DNA of 64,000 nucleotides, taken from an uncultured Acidobacteriota bacterium (GTDB lineage Bacteria; Actinomycetota; Acidimicrobiia; Spongiisociales; ZC4RG35). Numbering within the stretch: position 1 is the stretch's first letter; every line of letters starts with the position of its first letter. The stretch lies in assembly GCA_963749415.1 (NCBI GenBank), contig CAVVMG010000001.1:1486765-1550764 (forward strand), written 5' to 3'. The notes under the pieces are model-generated. The model had not been told where the DNA came from, did not search any database, and saw nothing but the letters and a program-made list of their open reading frames with translations. Below, one piece after another: positions 1-13,308 of the stretch. The position numbers and the translations under genes are program-made.

Positions 1-477
1 GGCTGCGTTGATCCCGGCGTTCAGCGCATCGGCGCGACCTCCGTTTTCCTTGTCTATGACTGTGATGTCGACACTGCCATGACCCCGGTAGATGCCGCGC
101 ACCGCGGCCGTGGAGATGTCCGGCCGGTACGGGATCCGGACACGCTCCAGGTGAAAAGCGTCTATCAATGCTTGAAGCGTGTCATCGGTCGATCCGTCGT
201 TGGTTATCACGATTTCGAAGCGGGGATATCCGACGATGGACATCGACCGCACCGAGTCGACGATCCCGGTGGCTTCGTTGTAGGCCGGGATGACGATCGA
301 GACCGGAGGCGAGGTCTGGCTGGACAACATGTCCGAAACCCTGCCGAATCGGTCGATGTGATGCACCCGTCTCATCACGGCCGCCGACCTCAGGCCCAGC
401 CACACCATGTACGACTGCATCAATATGAAGTAGATCAAGGTGAGGTAGCCGACCCAGCGCAAGATGTCGAAGATCAT
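1..477 (-). CDS. Glycosyltransferase family 2, PgaC/IcaA-like processive beta-glycosyltransferase. Only the N-terminal ~158 aa lie in the window; the gene continues beyond the window start.
   Basis: Minus-strand translation MIFDILRWVGYLTLIYFIL...PVSIVIPAYNEATGIVDSVRSM...EIVITNDGSTDDT...ADALNAG matches the PgaC/IcaA N-terminus (two TM helices then the GT-A DxD region). Its ATG overlaps the upstream stop as ATGA. It is absent from the ORF track because it runs off the window edge. Confidence 0.75.
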   Translation of the reverse strand, partial: MIFDILRWVGYLTLIYFILMQSYMVWLGLRSAAVMRRVHHIDRFGRVSDMLSSQTSPPVSIVIPAYNEATGIVDSVRSMSIVGYPRFEIVITNDGSTDDTLQALIDAFHLERVRIPYRPDISTAAVRGIYRGHGSVDITVIDKENGGRADALNAGINAA

Positions 478-1619
478 GCGGGGACCGTCATCCGAACCGA
501 GACATAGTCGACGAGTGCCCGGTCGTTGTCAGTCCCGGCTCCGCTCTCGACACGTTCCCTGGCCTCGGCCAGCACTCCGGAGTGGGCGAGCGCCTCGGCG
601 GCAGCATCACGAGCGAACTCGTCCTCCGCCCCGATGGCCTCCATCAACAAGATCACCCCGCCTGGCAACTCGGTGAGTGCTGCGGCGGAGTTGCGCCGAA
701 CCCACCAGTTGGCGTCTTCGAGCCCGGCGGCAAGCTCAGAATTGACGGATGGGTCCCCGATCTCCCCGAGCGCGCTCGCGGATTTGGCTCGCAATCGCCA
801 ATCGGCCGAGCGGTAAGTCTCCGCGAGCGGAGGCACCGCCATGGGCCCCCCGACCGATCCCAGGGCTTCGATCAGCGCCAATTTCGTCTCGTGATCGCTC
901 GCCACGCCAAGGACCGCGGCCAGCGTCGGGCCGGCCTCCCGATCTCCGATGGTCCCCAACACCCGGATCGCCTCTATGACTCCCTGGTTGTCGCCGTGGC
1001 CCAAGTTGACCCGGATATAGGCGGCGAGCGGCCAGGTCGCCTTGGCCCCGAAGCCGACCAGCGTGTCGGCGAAGCGTGCCCGAACCCACGCATCCTCGAG
1101 TCCGAATCGCTCCAGGATCGAGTCGATCGCCGGCGTGTGCTGGATTCGGCCCAGACCCCGGGCGCATTGGATCCGCACCTCCGGCTCGCGGTCTGACAGA
1201 TGTTCGATCAGGACCGGCGCCGTCGACTCTTCGCCCATCTCCGCCAGCGCCACCGCTGCTCGCAATCTCCGCCCCAGGGGGAACCGGCTTCGGAGTCGTG
1301 ATTCCTGTCGCTTGGCAAGGCCAACCCGATCCACGATCCCGGCGAGGGTGTCGATCTCAGTCCCGGTCACCACATTGCGCAAGTCGATGATCGCATCGAG
1401 AAAGGCGTCGTCATCGCCTGCTTTGGCTCCAATCGGATCGGTGTGATGTTCGAAGGCGAGATGGCGGCTCAGCACCAGCCTGTAATGAGCCCGTCGCTGG
1501 TCATGTCGCTCCATGCGACGTCGGTGCACGGCCTTCAGCACGACCAAACCCAGGAGCAGGATGATGTCGGCGCTGAAGACAACCGCGACCGCAGTCAGTC
1601 CGATCGTTGTTGCATCCAT
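474..1619 (-). CDS. HEAT/PBS-lyase-like repeat protein with an N-terminal transmembrane helix
   Basis: 381 aa. N-terminal hydrophobic segment (LTAVAVVFSADIILLLGLVVL). Repeated ~30-aa units with the motif xxVRxxAAxALGxIGDxxA, typical of HEAT-like repeats. Confidence 0.7.
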   Translation of the reverse strand: MDATTIGLTAVAVVFSADIILLLGLVVLKAVHRRRMERHDQRRAHYRLVLSRHLAFEHHTDPIGAKAGDDDAFLDAIIDLRNVVTGTEIDTLAGIVDRVGLAKRQESRLRSRFPLGRRLRAAVALAEMGEESTAPVLIEHLSDREPEVRIQCARGLGRIQHTPAIDSILERFGLEDAWVRARFADTLVGFGAKATWPLAAYIRVNLGHGDNQGVIEAIRVLGTIGDREAGPTLAAVLGVASDHETKLALIEALGSVGGPMAVPPLAETYRSADWRLRAKSASALGEIGDPSVNSELAAGLEDANWWVRRNSAAALTELPGGVILLMEAIGAEDEFARDAAAEALAHSGVLAEARERVESGAGTDNDRALVDYVSVRMTVPA

Positions 1620-1676
1620 TGAGATCTCGATGTTGTCATCGGCGGGCGTGGCGCCCGCATTGAGGGAACGCCCGAC

Positions 1677-2045
1677 TCAGAGCGGAAGTCGTTGCCGAAC
1701 CCGCGCCAACAATTCCGGAAGCCGGAACGGCTTTCGGATGAAGTCGACCGCCCCCATGTCGAGACTGCTGACCACCGTGCGGTCATCGTCGACACCGGAA
1801 AGCATCATCACTGGGACGATGTGCCCTTCCCGGTGCCAGCGATCGATGATCTCGAGCCCGAGGAGACCCGGCATCAGCTGATCGAGGATCACCAGATCGA
1901 AGGCATCGGTGGCACCTAGCTCGTAGGCCTCGACCCCGTTCTTGGCGGTGGTCACCTGATAGCCCTCGAGCTCCAAGGCGGTGACGAGCAGGGTGGTGAC
2001 GGTTTCCGAGTCGTCTGCCACCAAAACTCGATTGGGGTTGCTCAT
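1677..2045 (-). CDS. Single-domain response regulator (CheY-like receiver, no output domain)
   Basis: 122 aa beginning MSNPNRVLVADDSE. Conserved receiver features are present (DD pair, D in ILDQLMPG, S/T and K in FIRKP). The 291-aa ORF in the track is an upstream extension in the same frame that does not look like protein. Confidence 0.8.
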   Translation of the reverse strand: MSNPNRVLVADDSETVTTLLVTALELEGYQVTTAKNGVEAYELGATDAFDLVILDQLMPGLLGLEIIDRWHREGHIVPVMMLSGVDDDRTVVSSLDMGAVDFIRKPFRLPELLARVRQRLPL

Positions 2046-2199
2046 CAGCTCGTTGCTCTCCACGTGTGTGCACCGGCTCCCGGCACACCCCTCACCTGCG
2101 CGCCGCTGCCTGCCCCCTGGTGAGCAATGTACCCAGACCCGATTGTGCCCGCTGGCAATCCCACGTGGGATTGACTGGGGTGTAAGACTCTTCGCCGCC

Positions 2200-2925
2200 A
2201 TGGGAGCGATCCCGGAACACGAGAGGAAGAGACTCGAGGCCGTCGCCGGCGTCGGCCAATCGATCGATGACTTGGTGGCGCGTCGGCTCGCCGGCGAGCC
2301 CCTCCAATACATCGAAGGGACCGCGGCATTCGCGTCACTCGACCTGACTGTCGACGAGAGGGTCTTGATCCCTCGCCCGGAGACCGAAGGCATCTTCGAC
2401 CTGGCGGTACGCATGGTGCGGGCACCCGAGGTGATAGTCGACCTGTGCACCGGCTCCGGGGCCTTGGCTCTTGCTTTGAAGAATGCCTTTCCAGCTGCGG
2501 CGGTGTTCGCAACCGAGATCTCGTCTGAGGCGATGGAGGTCGCGACGATCAATCGTCACAAGACAGGGCTCCAGGTCTACCTGGCCGAAGGTGACCTCTT
2601 CGACCCGCTCCCGGCATCCATCCTGGGCTTGGTAGATCTCATCGTCGCCAACCCGCCGTATGTCGCGGAAGTCGACTTTCCCGGGTTGCCACGAGATGTC
2701 CAGCTGGAACCGAGGATTGCTTTGGTGGCCGGGCCCTCCGGCCTCGAGGTGATCCAGAGGATCGGTGACGCCGCCGGGCAGTGGCTCCGGCCCGGCGGAG
2801 TGCTCATCTGTGAGATCGGGGAGAACCAGGGTGTGTCCGCTTCCAGCTCGTTCCCTGATCTCCCGGTGGTGGTGCGCCAGGATCTGACCGGGCGCGACCG
2901 CTACGTGGTGGCCGTGAAGCCTTGA
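2200..2925 (+). CDS. prmC: Release factor glutamine N5-methyltransferase PrmC/HemK. The start is uncertain; the N-terminal domain may be encoded upstream in another frame.
   Basis: Motifs PLQYIEG, VLIPRPETE, DLCTGSGALALAL and NPPY are all present. Start taken as the first ATG after the divergent response-regulator gene. The product is short (241 aa) for the family. Confidence 0.8.
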   Translation: MGAIPEHERKRLEAVAGVGQSIDDLVARRLAGEPLQYIEGTAAFASLDLTVDERVLIPRPETEGIFDLAVRMVRAPEVIVDLCTGSGALALALKNAFPAAAVFATEISSEAMEVATINRHKTGLQVYLAEGDLFDPLPASILGLVDLIVANPPYVAEVDFPGLPRDVQLEPRIALVAGPSGLEVIQRIGDAAGQWLRPGGVLICEIGENQGVSASSSFPDLPVVVRQDLTGRDRYVVAVKP

Positions 2926-3482
2926 GCCTGGAGGCCGCGACGGTCGCGGTTCGTGCCGGCGAGGTGGTCGGAATCCCAACCGACACGGTCTATGGGATCG
3001 GCGCTGATCCGCTGAACGAGGATGCGGTCGCCCGGCTCTTCGAGCTCAAAGGGCGCCCGGAGCACAAGCCGGTCGGCTTGCTTGTGGCATCGGTCGAGCA
3101 GGCGGCTGAGATCGGCGAGATCGAAGGGTTTGCCGCGGAGCTCGCAACGCGGCACTGGCCGGGTGCATTGACGCTGGTCGTAACCCCCAAGGTGATCCTG
3201 GCCAATTGGGTTGGCGACGCCCAGCGGTTCACCGTTGGCCTCCGAGTCCCCGACCACCCGGTTGCGATCGAGTTGCTGGCCATCGTCGGTCCGTTGGCGG
3301 TGACCTCGGCCAACGTAAGTGGCGGCGAAGAGGCGATGAGTGACGTCGAGGCCAAAGAGGTGTTCGGGGACCAGGTCGCGGTGTATGTCGAAGGCCGGGC
3401 CCCGGGTCGCGAGGCCTCGACAGTGGTCGATGCCACCGGCATCGCGCCCGTTGTCCTTCGTCAGGGCCCGGTGCGCCTTTGA
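2922..3482 (+). CDS. tsaC: L-threonylcarbamoyladenylate synthase, TsaC/YrdC/Sua5 family
   Basis: 186 aa containing [15 protein letters not shown] and the remainder of the YrdC fold. TTG start overlapping the prmC stop by 4 nt. Confidence 0.8.
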   Translation: MSLEAATVAVRAGEVVGIPTDTVYGIGADPLNEDAVARLFELKGRPEHKPVGLLVASVEQAAEIGEIEGFAAELATRHWPGALTLVVTPKVILANWVGDAQRFTVGLRVPDHPVAIELLAIVGPLAVTSANVSGGEEAMSDVEAKEVFGDQVAVYVEGRAPGREASTVVDATGIAPVVLRQGPVRL

Positions 3483-3504
3483 ATACCCCCGTTACGCTTT
3501 TCCC

Positions 3505-4776
<1,272 letters not shown>

Positions 4777-4833
4777 TCCTGCCGAACGGCGTCTGCCCCG
4801 GCCCGCCGGCAATCCAACTTGCTAGCGTCGATT

Positions 4834-4862
4834 TTGCCTTGAAATCAGGCTCTTCCTACACT
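4834..4862 (+). promoter_or_regulatory. Putative sigma70-like promoter of the atp operon (-35 TTGCCT, 17-nt spacer, -10 TACACT)
   Basis: Lower-GC intergenic stretch between glyA and the first atp-operon gene. Hexamer spacing read directly from the sequence. Confidence 0.35.
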
Positions 4863-4863
4863 T

Positions 4864-4879
4864 TGTGAACACATTCACA
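4864..4879. promoter_or_regulatory. Perfect CRP/GlxR-family binding-site consensus TGTGA-N6-TCACA (TGTGAACACATTCACA)
   Basis: 16-bp site with perfect palindromic half-sites, immediately downstream of the putative -10 and 18 nt upstream of the first atp-operon start codon. Confidence 0.5.
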
Positions 4880-4896
4880 AGCTCTCCCAGTTAGCC

Positions 4897-5130
4897 ATGG
4901 AGCAAGAGACAGCCCACCAACAGATCGGACGCGCCATGAGCGAAGGCTGGTCGCAGGCCGGCTCGTTCCTCGGTTCGATCCTCTCCGGGATGTTGCTCGG
5001 GTTGCTCGCCGACTACTGGCTGGGAACCGAGCCCTGGCTGGTGGTCATCGGGAGCCTGGTCGGCATCTACTCCGGTTTCGTCAACGTATGGCGCTACACC
5101 AAGCAGATCGAGGACGGGCCGCGGCAATGA
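4897..5130 (+). CDS. Small membrane protein of the ATP synthase operon (AtpZ/ATPase_gene1-like, PF09527-like)
   Basis: 77 aa with two TM segments and an LGLLADYWLGTEPW motif. Stop overlaps the atpI start as ATGA. Confidence 0.65.
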   Translation: MEQETAHQQIGRAMSEGWSQAGSFLGSILSGMLLGLLADYWLGTEPWLVVIGSLVGIYSGFVNVWRYTKQIEDGPRQ

Positions 5131-5536
5131 GCTTGGAGCACGGCCCACCGATCGAGTCCAACCTCGCCCGCGACACCGTGGCCCGCGGCATCTATGTAGG
5201 GCCGGTGCTCATCCTGGTGTTCGGCCTCCTCCGTGGGTGGGACGGGGCGTGGAGCGCGGCGCTCGGCGTGTTGGTGGTGATCGCCAACTTCCTGCTGGCG
5301 GGGGCCATCCTCTCGATTTCGGCAAGGATCAGCCTCCAGGCTTATCATGCCGCCGCTCTGATCGGATTCTTCCTGCGTCTCGGCTTGTTCGTCGGCGCGG
5401 TCTACCTCATCGCCACCCTGGTCGAGGTCGACAGGATCGCCTTCGGGATCTCGGCGGTGGTGGCGTACTTCGCCCTCCTGACGTGGGAAGCGGTTTCGAT
5501 CTCGAGAGGCAGAGAAAAGGAGCTCAGTTGGCCACG

Positions 5537-5540
<4 letters not shown>
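5127..5540 (+). CDS. atpI: ATP synthase protein I (AtpI-like, four TM helices)
   Basis: 137 aa hydrophobic protein directly upstream of atpB. ATGA overlaps at both ends. Confidence 0.65.
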
Positions 5541-6587
<1,047 letters not shown>

Positions 6588-6596
6588 GGAAAGCTC

Positions 6597-7151
6597 ATGC
6601 AATTCCTGAGTGCCCTGGCCGTACTGGCCACCGAGGAAGGCGAGGAGACGTCCGGCGGCCTCAGCTTGGTGCTGCCCCACCCCGAGGAGCTGATCGCCGG
6701 CATCCTGGCGTTCCTGATCGTCTTCTTCTTCGTGTGGAAGTGGGCGCTCCCCACCATCAACAAGACATTGGAGGCCCGCCAGCAGGCGATCACCGGGCAG
6801 CTGACCGAAGCCGAGACCGCGAAGCGGGAGGCAGAGAGCCTTCTCGCCGACTACCGGGCCCAGCTCGCCGAGGCCAAGACCGAGGGCAATCGGATCATCG
6901 AAGAGGCCCGCCAGGCCGGCGAGCAGCTCAAGGCCGACATCGCGGCCCGCGCCGAGGAGGAGGCTGCGCAGACCCTGGCCAAGGCCCGGGAAGAGGCGCA
7001 GTCCGAGAAGTCGCGCGCCCTGGCCGACGCCAAGCGCGAGGTGGGTGAGATCTCGGTGGGGCTCGCAGAGAAAATCGTTGGCGGGTCCCTCGACGACAAG
7101 ATGCAGCAGGACCTCATCGATCGCTACCTGGCCGACCTGGAGCGCCTCTAG
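6597..7151 (+). CDS. atpF: F0F1 ATP synthase subunit b
   Basis: 184 aa: N-terminal TM helix followed by a long charged coiled coil rich in Ala, Glu, Arg and Lys. Confidence 0.9.
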   Translation: MQFLSALAVLATEEGEETSGGLSLVLPHPEELIAGILAFLIVFFFVWKWALPTINKTLEARQQAITGQLTEAETAKREAESLLADYRAQLAEAKTEGNRIIEEARQAGEQLKADIAARAEEEAAQTLAKAREEAQSEKSRALADAKREVGEISVGLAEKIVGGSLDDKMQQDLIDRYLADLERL

Positions 7152-7685
7152 ATGGACGATCGGGTCAGCGGATACGCCAGCGCGGTCTTCGACCTCGCTC
7201 AGGCCGAAGGCGAGTTGGAACGCGTCGAGAGCGAATTCCTCGCCATCGGTCAGGCTCTGGAGAAGTCTCCCGAGCTCAGGTCCACGCTGACCGATCCCCA
7301 AGTCCCGTTGGAGAGGAAGCAGGCGGTGGTCGACGAGCTCATCGGGAGCCAGGCATCCAAGCTCACGGTTGGCCTGGTCCAATTCATCGTGAGCCAGGGC
7401 CGGTCCGGTGACATCCCAGCCGTTGCCAGGGCCTTCGTGGAGAAGGCAGTCGCGTCGCGGGACCGGGCGGTGGCCGAGGTCCGCTCTGCTGTGCCCCTCG
7501 ACGATGCCACCGTGGAGCGTTTGGCCGCCGCGCTCGGCAAGGCCACCGGCAAGCGCGTCGAAGTCAAGGTGATCGTCGATGAGTCCGTCGTTGGCGGGAT
7601 CGTGGCCCGTGTGGGTGATGTGGTCATCGACGGGAGCCTCGCCCACGCCATGAGCCAGGTCCGCCAGGCCGTGTTGAGCCGCTGA
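7152..7685 (+). CDS. atpH: F0F1 ATP synthase subunit delta (separate gene, not fused to b)
   Basis: 177 aa at the delta/OSCP position between atpF and atpA. Confidence 0.85.
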   Translation: MDDRVSGYASAVFDLAQAEGELERVESEFLAIGQALEKSPELRSTLTDPQVPLERKQAVVDELIGSQASKLTVGLVQFIVSQGRSGDIPAVARAFVEKAVASRDRAVAEVRSAVPLDDATVERLAAALGKATGKRVEVKVIVDESVVGGIVARVGDVVIDGSLAHAMSQVRQAVLSR

Positions 7686-7693
7686 GGAGAGTC

Positions 7694-9235
7694 ATGTCAG
7701 AGTTGACGATTACCGCCGATCAGATCACCAAGTCGCTACGCGACCAGCTCGCAGGTTGGGAGCCTGAGCTGGACAAGGAGACCGTCGGCTATGTCACCGC
7801 GGTTGCCGATGGCGTGGCCCGGGTCGAGGGCCTGCCCAATGTCATGGCCTCCGAGCTGCTCGAATTCCCAGGCGGCCTGATCGGGGTGGCCCTCAACATC
7901 GACGAGGATGACCTCGGCGTGGTGCTCCTCGGCGAGGCGAGCCACATCCAGGAGAGGGACCCGGTGAAGCAGACCGGCACCGTGCTCTCGGTCCCCGTGG
8001 GCGACGCCTTGTTGGGACGGGTCATCGACCCCCTGGGCAACCCGGTGGACGGCAAGGGGCCGATCAACTCCACCGAGAGCCGCCTCCTGGAGACGCAGGC
8101 GCCCTCTGTGGTCCAGCGCCAGCCGGTGAACCAGCCGTTGCAGACCGGGATCAAGGCCATCGATTCGATGACTCCGATCGGCCGGGGCCAACGCCAGCTG
8201 ATCATCGGTGATCGCCAGACCGGCAAGACCGCGATCCTGGTGGACACCATCCTCAACCAGAAGGTGAACCAGGGGACCAAGGACGAGGTCAAGTGCATCT
8301 ATGTGGCCATCGGACAGAAGGCGTCGACCGTGGCCGAGATCGTCTCCACCCTCGAAGCCAACGGCGCCCTGGAGTACACGGTGGTGGTCAACGCACCGGC
8401 ATCCGCCGCTCCTGCCCTCCAGATGTATGCACCGTATGCCGGCTCGGCCATAGGCCAGCACTGGATGTACGACGGGCAACACGTGCTGATCATGTTCGAC
8501 GACCTCTCCAAGCAGGCGGTTGCCTACCGCGAGATCTCCCTGCTGCTGCGCCGGCCTCCGGGCCGTGAGGCCTACCCCGGAGACGTCTTCTACCTTCACA
8601 GCCGCCTCCTCGAGCGATGCGCCAAGCTCTCCGACGAGCTGGGGGCGGGCTCGATGACCGGCCTTCCCGTGATCGAGACCAAGGCCAACGACATCTCGGC
8701 CTATATCCCGACCAACGTGATCTCGATCACCGACGGGCAATGCTTCCTCGAGACCGATCTCTTCTATCAGGGGATTCGTCCGGCTTTGAACGCAGGCACC
8801 TCGGTGTCCCGCGTCGGTGGAGCGGCCCAGGTCGGGGCGATGCGCAAGATCGCAGGCCCCCTCCGCCTCAACCTCGCCCAGTTTCGGGAGCTGGCGGCAT
8901 TCGCCGAGTTCGGGTCCGAGCTGGACGCCACCTCACTCGCCCAGCTGGAACGGGGTCGCCGTGTGGTCGAGGTGCTCAAGCAGCCCCAGTTCGCACCGGT
9001 CCCTGTCGAGGAGCAGGTGGTCGTCATCTATGCGGTCACCGAGGGCCTTATGGATGACATCGACATCCCCGACGTCCGTCGCTTCGAGAACGGGCTGCGC
9101 GAGTTCTTCGCCAGCCGCCACCCGGGCCTGCTCACTGAGATCAGGGACACCGGCAAGCTGCCGGAAGCGGAGACCGTGGACGCCGCGATCAACGAGTTCA
9201 AGGAGACCTTCGAAGGCTCCGGGGCCGAGGAGTAA
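7694..9235 (+). CDS. atpA: F0F1 ATP synthase subunit alpha
   Basis: 513 aa with Walker A GDRQTGKT and characteristic alpha-subunit motifs. Confidence 0.97.
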   Translation: MSELTITADQITKSLRDQLAGWEPELDKETVGYVTAVADGVARVEGLPNVMASELLEFPGGLIGVALNIDEDDLGVVLLGEASHIQERDPVKQTGTVLSVPVGDALLGRVIDPLGNPVDGKGPINSTESRLLETQAPSVVQRQPVNQPLQTGIKAIDSMTPIGRGQRQLIIGDRQTGKTAILVDTILNQKVNQGTKDEVKCIYVAIGQKASTVAEIVSTLEANGALEYTVVVNAPASAAPALQMYAPYAGSAIGQHWMYDGQHVLIMFDDLSKQAVAYREISLLLRRPPGREAYPGDVFYLHSRLLERCAKLSDELGAGSMTGLPVIETKANDISAYIPTNVISITDGQCFLETDLFYQGIRPALNAGTSVSRVGGAAQVGAMRKIAGPLRLNLAQFRELAAFAEFGSELDATSLAQLERGRRVVEVLKQPQFAPVPVEEQVVVIYAVTEGLMDDIDIPDVRRFENGLREFFASRHPGLLTEIRDTGKLPEAETVDAAINEFKETFEGSGAEE

Positions 9236-9244
9236 GGCCGAAGC

Positions 9245-10126
9245 ATGGCCTCGGCCCAGCTACGGGACACGCGACGCCGGATAAGGAGCGTCGAGGCGAT
9301 CAAGAAGATCACCCGCGCCATGGAGCTGATCGCCACCAGTCGCATCCCCAAAGCCCAGGCAAGGGTCAATGCCTCCAAGCCCTACACCGCCAAGCTGATC
9401 GAGGTGATCGAGAACGTGGCCGCCGCCGGGGCGGGGCACAAGCATCGCCTCCTGGAGCGACGGGAGCCGAAGACCGTTGGGATCGTCATCGTGTCCTCGG
9501 ATCGCGGCCTAGCCGGCGCCTACGCCTCGAACGTGATCCGTCTTGCCGAAAGCCGGATCCGGGAGTTGAACCGGGAGGGGAAGGACGTGGCCCTCTACGC
9601 CGTGGGGAAGAAGGCCCAGGCCTATTTCCGATACCGGGGCTATCGGATCGAAAACACCTACCTCGGCGTCACCGACACCCCGGGATACGGCGACGCCCGG
9701 GCCGTGGCCGCCTCAGTCGTGTCTGCCTTTGCCACCGGGCACATCGACGCGGTGGAGGTGTTTTTCACCCGGTACCAGTCGGCCATGACCCAGGTCCCGA
9801 CCCGGCTCGACCTGCTCCCGATCACGCCGCCGGAGGCAACTGAAGGAGCAGAGCGGGTGTCCTACGAGTTCGAGCCCTCTCCCGAAGAGATCCTCGACCG
9901 CCTCCTGCCCCGCTACGTCGAAGGAACCATCTTCAACGTCCTCCTCGAGGCCTCGGCCTCGGAGCACAGTGCCCGGCGCCGGGCGATGAAGGCAGCCACG
10001 GATAACGCGGAGGACCTGATCAGGGTGCTCAGCGTCCAGGCGAACCGGGCCCGTCAGGCGGAGATCACCACTGCCATCTCCGAGATCGTGGGTGGCGCCG
10101 AGGCCCTGGCCGGGCAGTCGCGATGA
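9245..10126 (+). CDS. atpG: F0F1 ATP synthase subunit gamma
   Basis: 293 aa with conserved N-terminal (MASAQLRDTRRRIRSVEAIKKITRAMELIATSR) and C-terminal gamma helices. Confidence 0.95.
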   Translation: MASAQLRDTRRRIRSVEAIKKITRAMELIATSRIPKAQARVNASKPYTAKLIEVIENVAAAGAGHKHRLLERREPKTVGIVIVSSDRGLAGAYASNVIRLAESRIRELNREGKDVALYAVGKKAQAYFRYRGYRIENTYLGVTDTPGYGDARAVAASVVSAFATGHIDAVEVFFTRYQSAMTQVPTRLDLLPITPPEATEGAERVSYEFEPSPEEILDRLLPRYVEGTIFNVLLEASASEHSARRRAMKAATDNAEDLIRVLSVQANRARQAEITTAISEIVGGAEALAGQSR

Positions 10127-10148
10127 GCAGAGATTCGAAACCAAGTGA

Positions 10149-11899
<1,751 letters not shown>

Positions 11900-11905
<6 letters not shown>

Positions 11906-12340
11906 CCCGGCGAGGGTCCTGGCGAACTCCTCGACGGCCTCAGGGAAACCCTCGCCGATTGCAGAGGCGATGACAGGGAAGAACACCGCAGAGAGCATCC
12001 CAACGCTCTCGGCGCGAAGAGTGACGTGAACCCTGGTTTCCCCTTCCCGTGGCGCCAGGCTGACCATCACCCGCCCTCGCATCTCCGAGGTCTCTATGTC
12101 CCAGGCCATCATCTTTTGCGGCTCGCGACCGGCGGGCGTGGCCCGACCCTCGTATTTCTTCCCGGCGGCAACGCTCTCGAATGAGAAGCCCTTGAGGTGG
12201 CCTTCTGCGTCCGTGACAGGGTTCTTGACCCGGTCGACGCCGGAGATCGCCTCCCAGCTCCTGGGGTCGTCGAGCGCCGCCCACACCCTGGCTTGCGGGG
12301 CGGCCGCGATCGACGAGTGCTGAAAGGTCTGGCTGGGCAC
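11900..12340 (-). CDS. SRPBCC-family protein (polyketide cyclase/CoxG/AHSA1-like fold)
   Basis: 146 aa with the SRPBCC pattern (VWAALDDPRSWEAISGV...). 3' end overlaps atpC convergently by 6 nt. GTG start lies inside an 8-bp stem hairpin at 12334-12362. Confidence 0.6.
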
Positions 12341-12436
12341 GGCGGGAAGTTAACCGTGCCCGGCCTCGCCGTGGCCTGAACATCAGATTTACCCCAATCG
12401 ACCTACGGTCGCGTCGGTCCGATGTGAATTGGAGGC

Positions 12437-13261
12437 ATGATGGACACCGACCACGATCACGTCGAAGAGCCGAGCAATGAGGAGCTCCGGCTCCTCAGCC
12501 GTCGCTCTGCCCTCAAGCTCCTCGGCGGAGCGAGTCTGGCGCTGATCGCAGGATGTGCCACCGGCTCGTTGGCAAGCACTACAACCGCTGCAGCGTCGGC
12601 CTCGTCGAGCACGGGTGGGGGCACGTCCACCACGGCGGCAGCGACGGGCTCCAGCAGCACGGTCTTCGGTGGCGACGGCGCCTGCGTCCTCATCCCCGAG
12701 GAGACCGCCGGGCCATACCCGCTCGACCTCTCCGGCGACGAGGTCTTCTTCAGGACCGACATCACCGAGGGCCGGACCGGCATTCCTCTCGCCCTGACTC
12801 TGGCCTTGGTCAATGCATCTGCCGAGTGCGCGCCGATTGCGGACGCCCGCGTCGATCTCTGGCACTGCGATGCGGATGGGGTTTACTCCGGCTACAGCCA
12901 GCCCGGCTCGGACACCACCGGCGAGACGTTCTGTCGGGGGATCCAGGTCTCGGACTCCAACGGGCTGGTCACCTTCCAGACCGTCTATCCCGGTTGGTAT
13001 CAGGGGCGGATCACCCACATCCACTTCCAGGTCTTTCTCGGCAACGGGCTGACCGCCACCTCGCAGATCGCGTTTCCCGCGGAGACCACCGATGCGGTCT
13101 ACGCGGTCGAGCCCTATTCGGCAAAGGGGCCCAACACCTCGGTGACAGACATCTCTCAGGACAATGTCTTCAGCGACGGGAGCCAGTACCAGTTGGCCTC
13201 GGTGACAGGAGACCCCGCGAGTGCGCTCGAGGCCTCTCTGCTCGTTGGCGTCGCCGCGTAG
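12437..13261 (+). CDS. Intradiol ring-cleavage dioxygenase-family protein with Tat signal and lipobox (exported lipoprotein)
   Basis: Twin-arginine motif SRRSALKLL followed by lipobox LIAGC, then a Ser/Thr-rich linker. Dioxygenase-family core GPYPLD...RITHIHFQVF (intradiol dioxygenase/PCD-beta-like). Confidence 0.7.
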   Translation: MMDTDHDHVEEPSNEELRLLSRRSALKLLGGASLALIAGCATGSLASTTTAAASASSSTGGGTSTTAAATGSSSTVFGGDGACVLIPEETAGPYPLDLSGDEVFFRTDITEGRTGIPLALTLALVNASAECAPIADARVDLWHCDADGVYSGYSQPGSDTTGETFCRGIQVSDSNGLVTFQTVYPGWYQGRITHIHFQVFLGNGLTATSQIAFPAETTDAVYAVEPYSAKGPNTSVTDISQDNVFSDGSQYQLASVTGDPASALEASLLVGVAA

Positions 13262-13308
13262 GGCCCCGGCTACCTTGGGCTCGTGACGAACGGCCAGTCG
13301 GGATAGGT

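Noticed and set aside
12334-12362. 8-bp-stem hairpin GGGCACGG-N11-CCGTGCCC between the SRPBCC and dioxygenase genes
   Set aside because: No flanking U-run (not an intrinsic terminator) and it overlaps the presumptive GTG start of the SRPBCC gene. No evidence for a riboswitch or sRNA.
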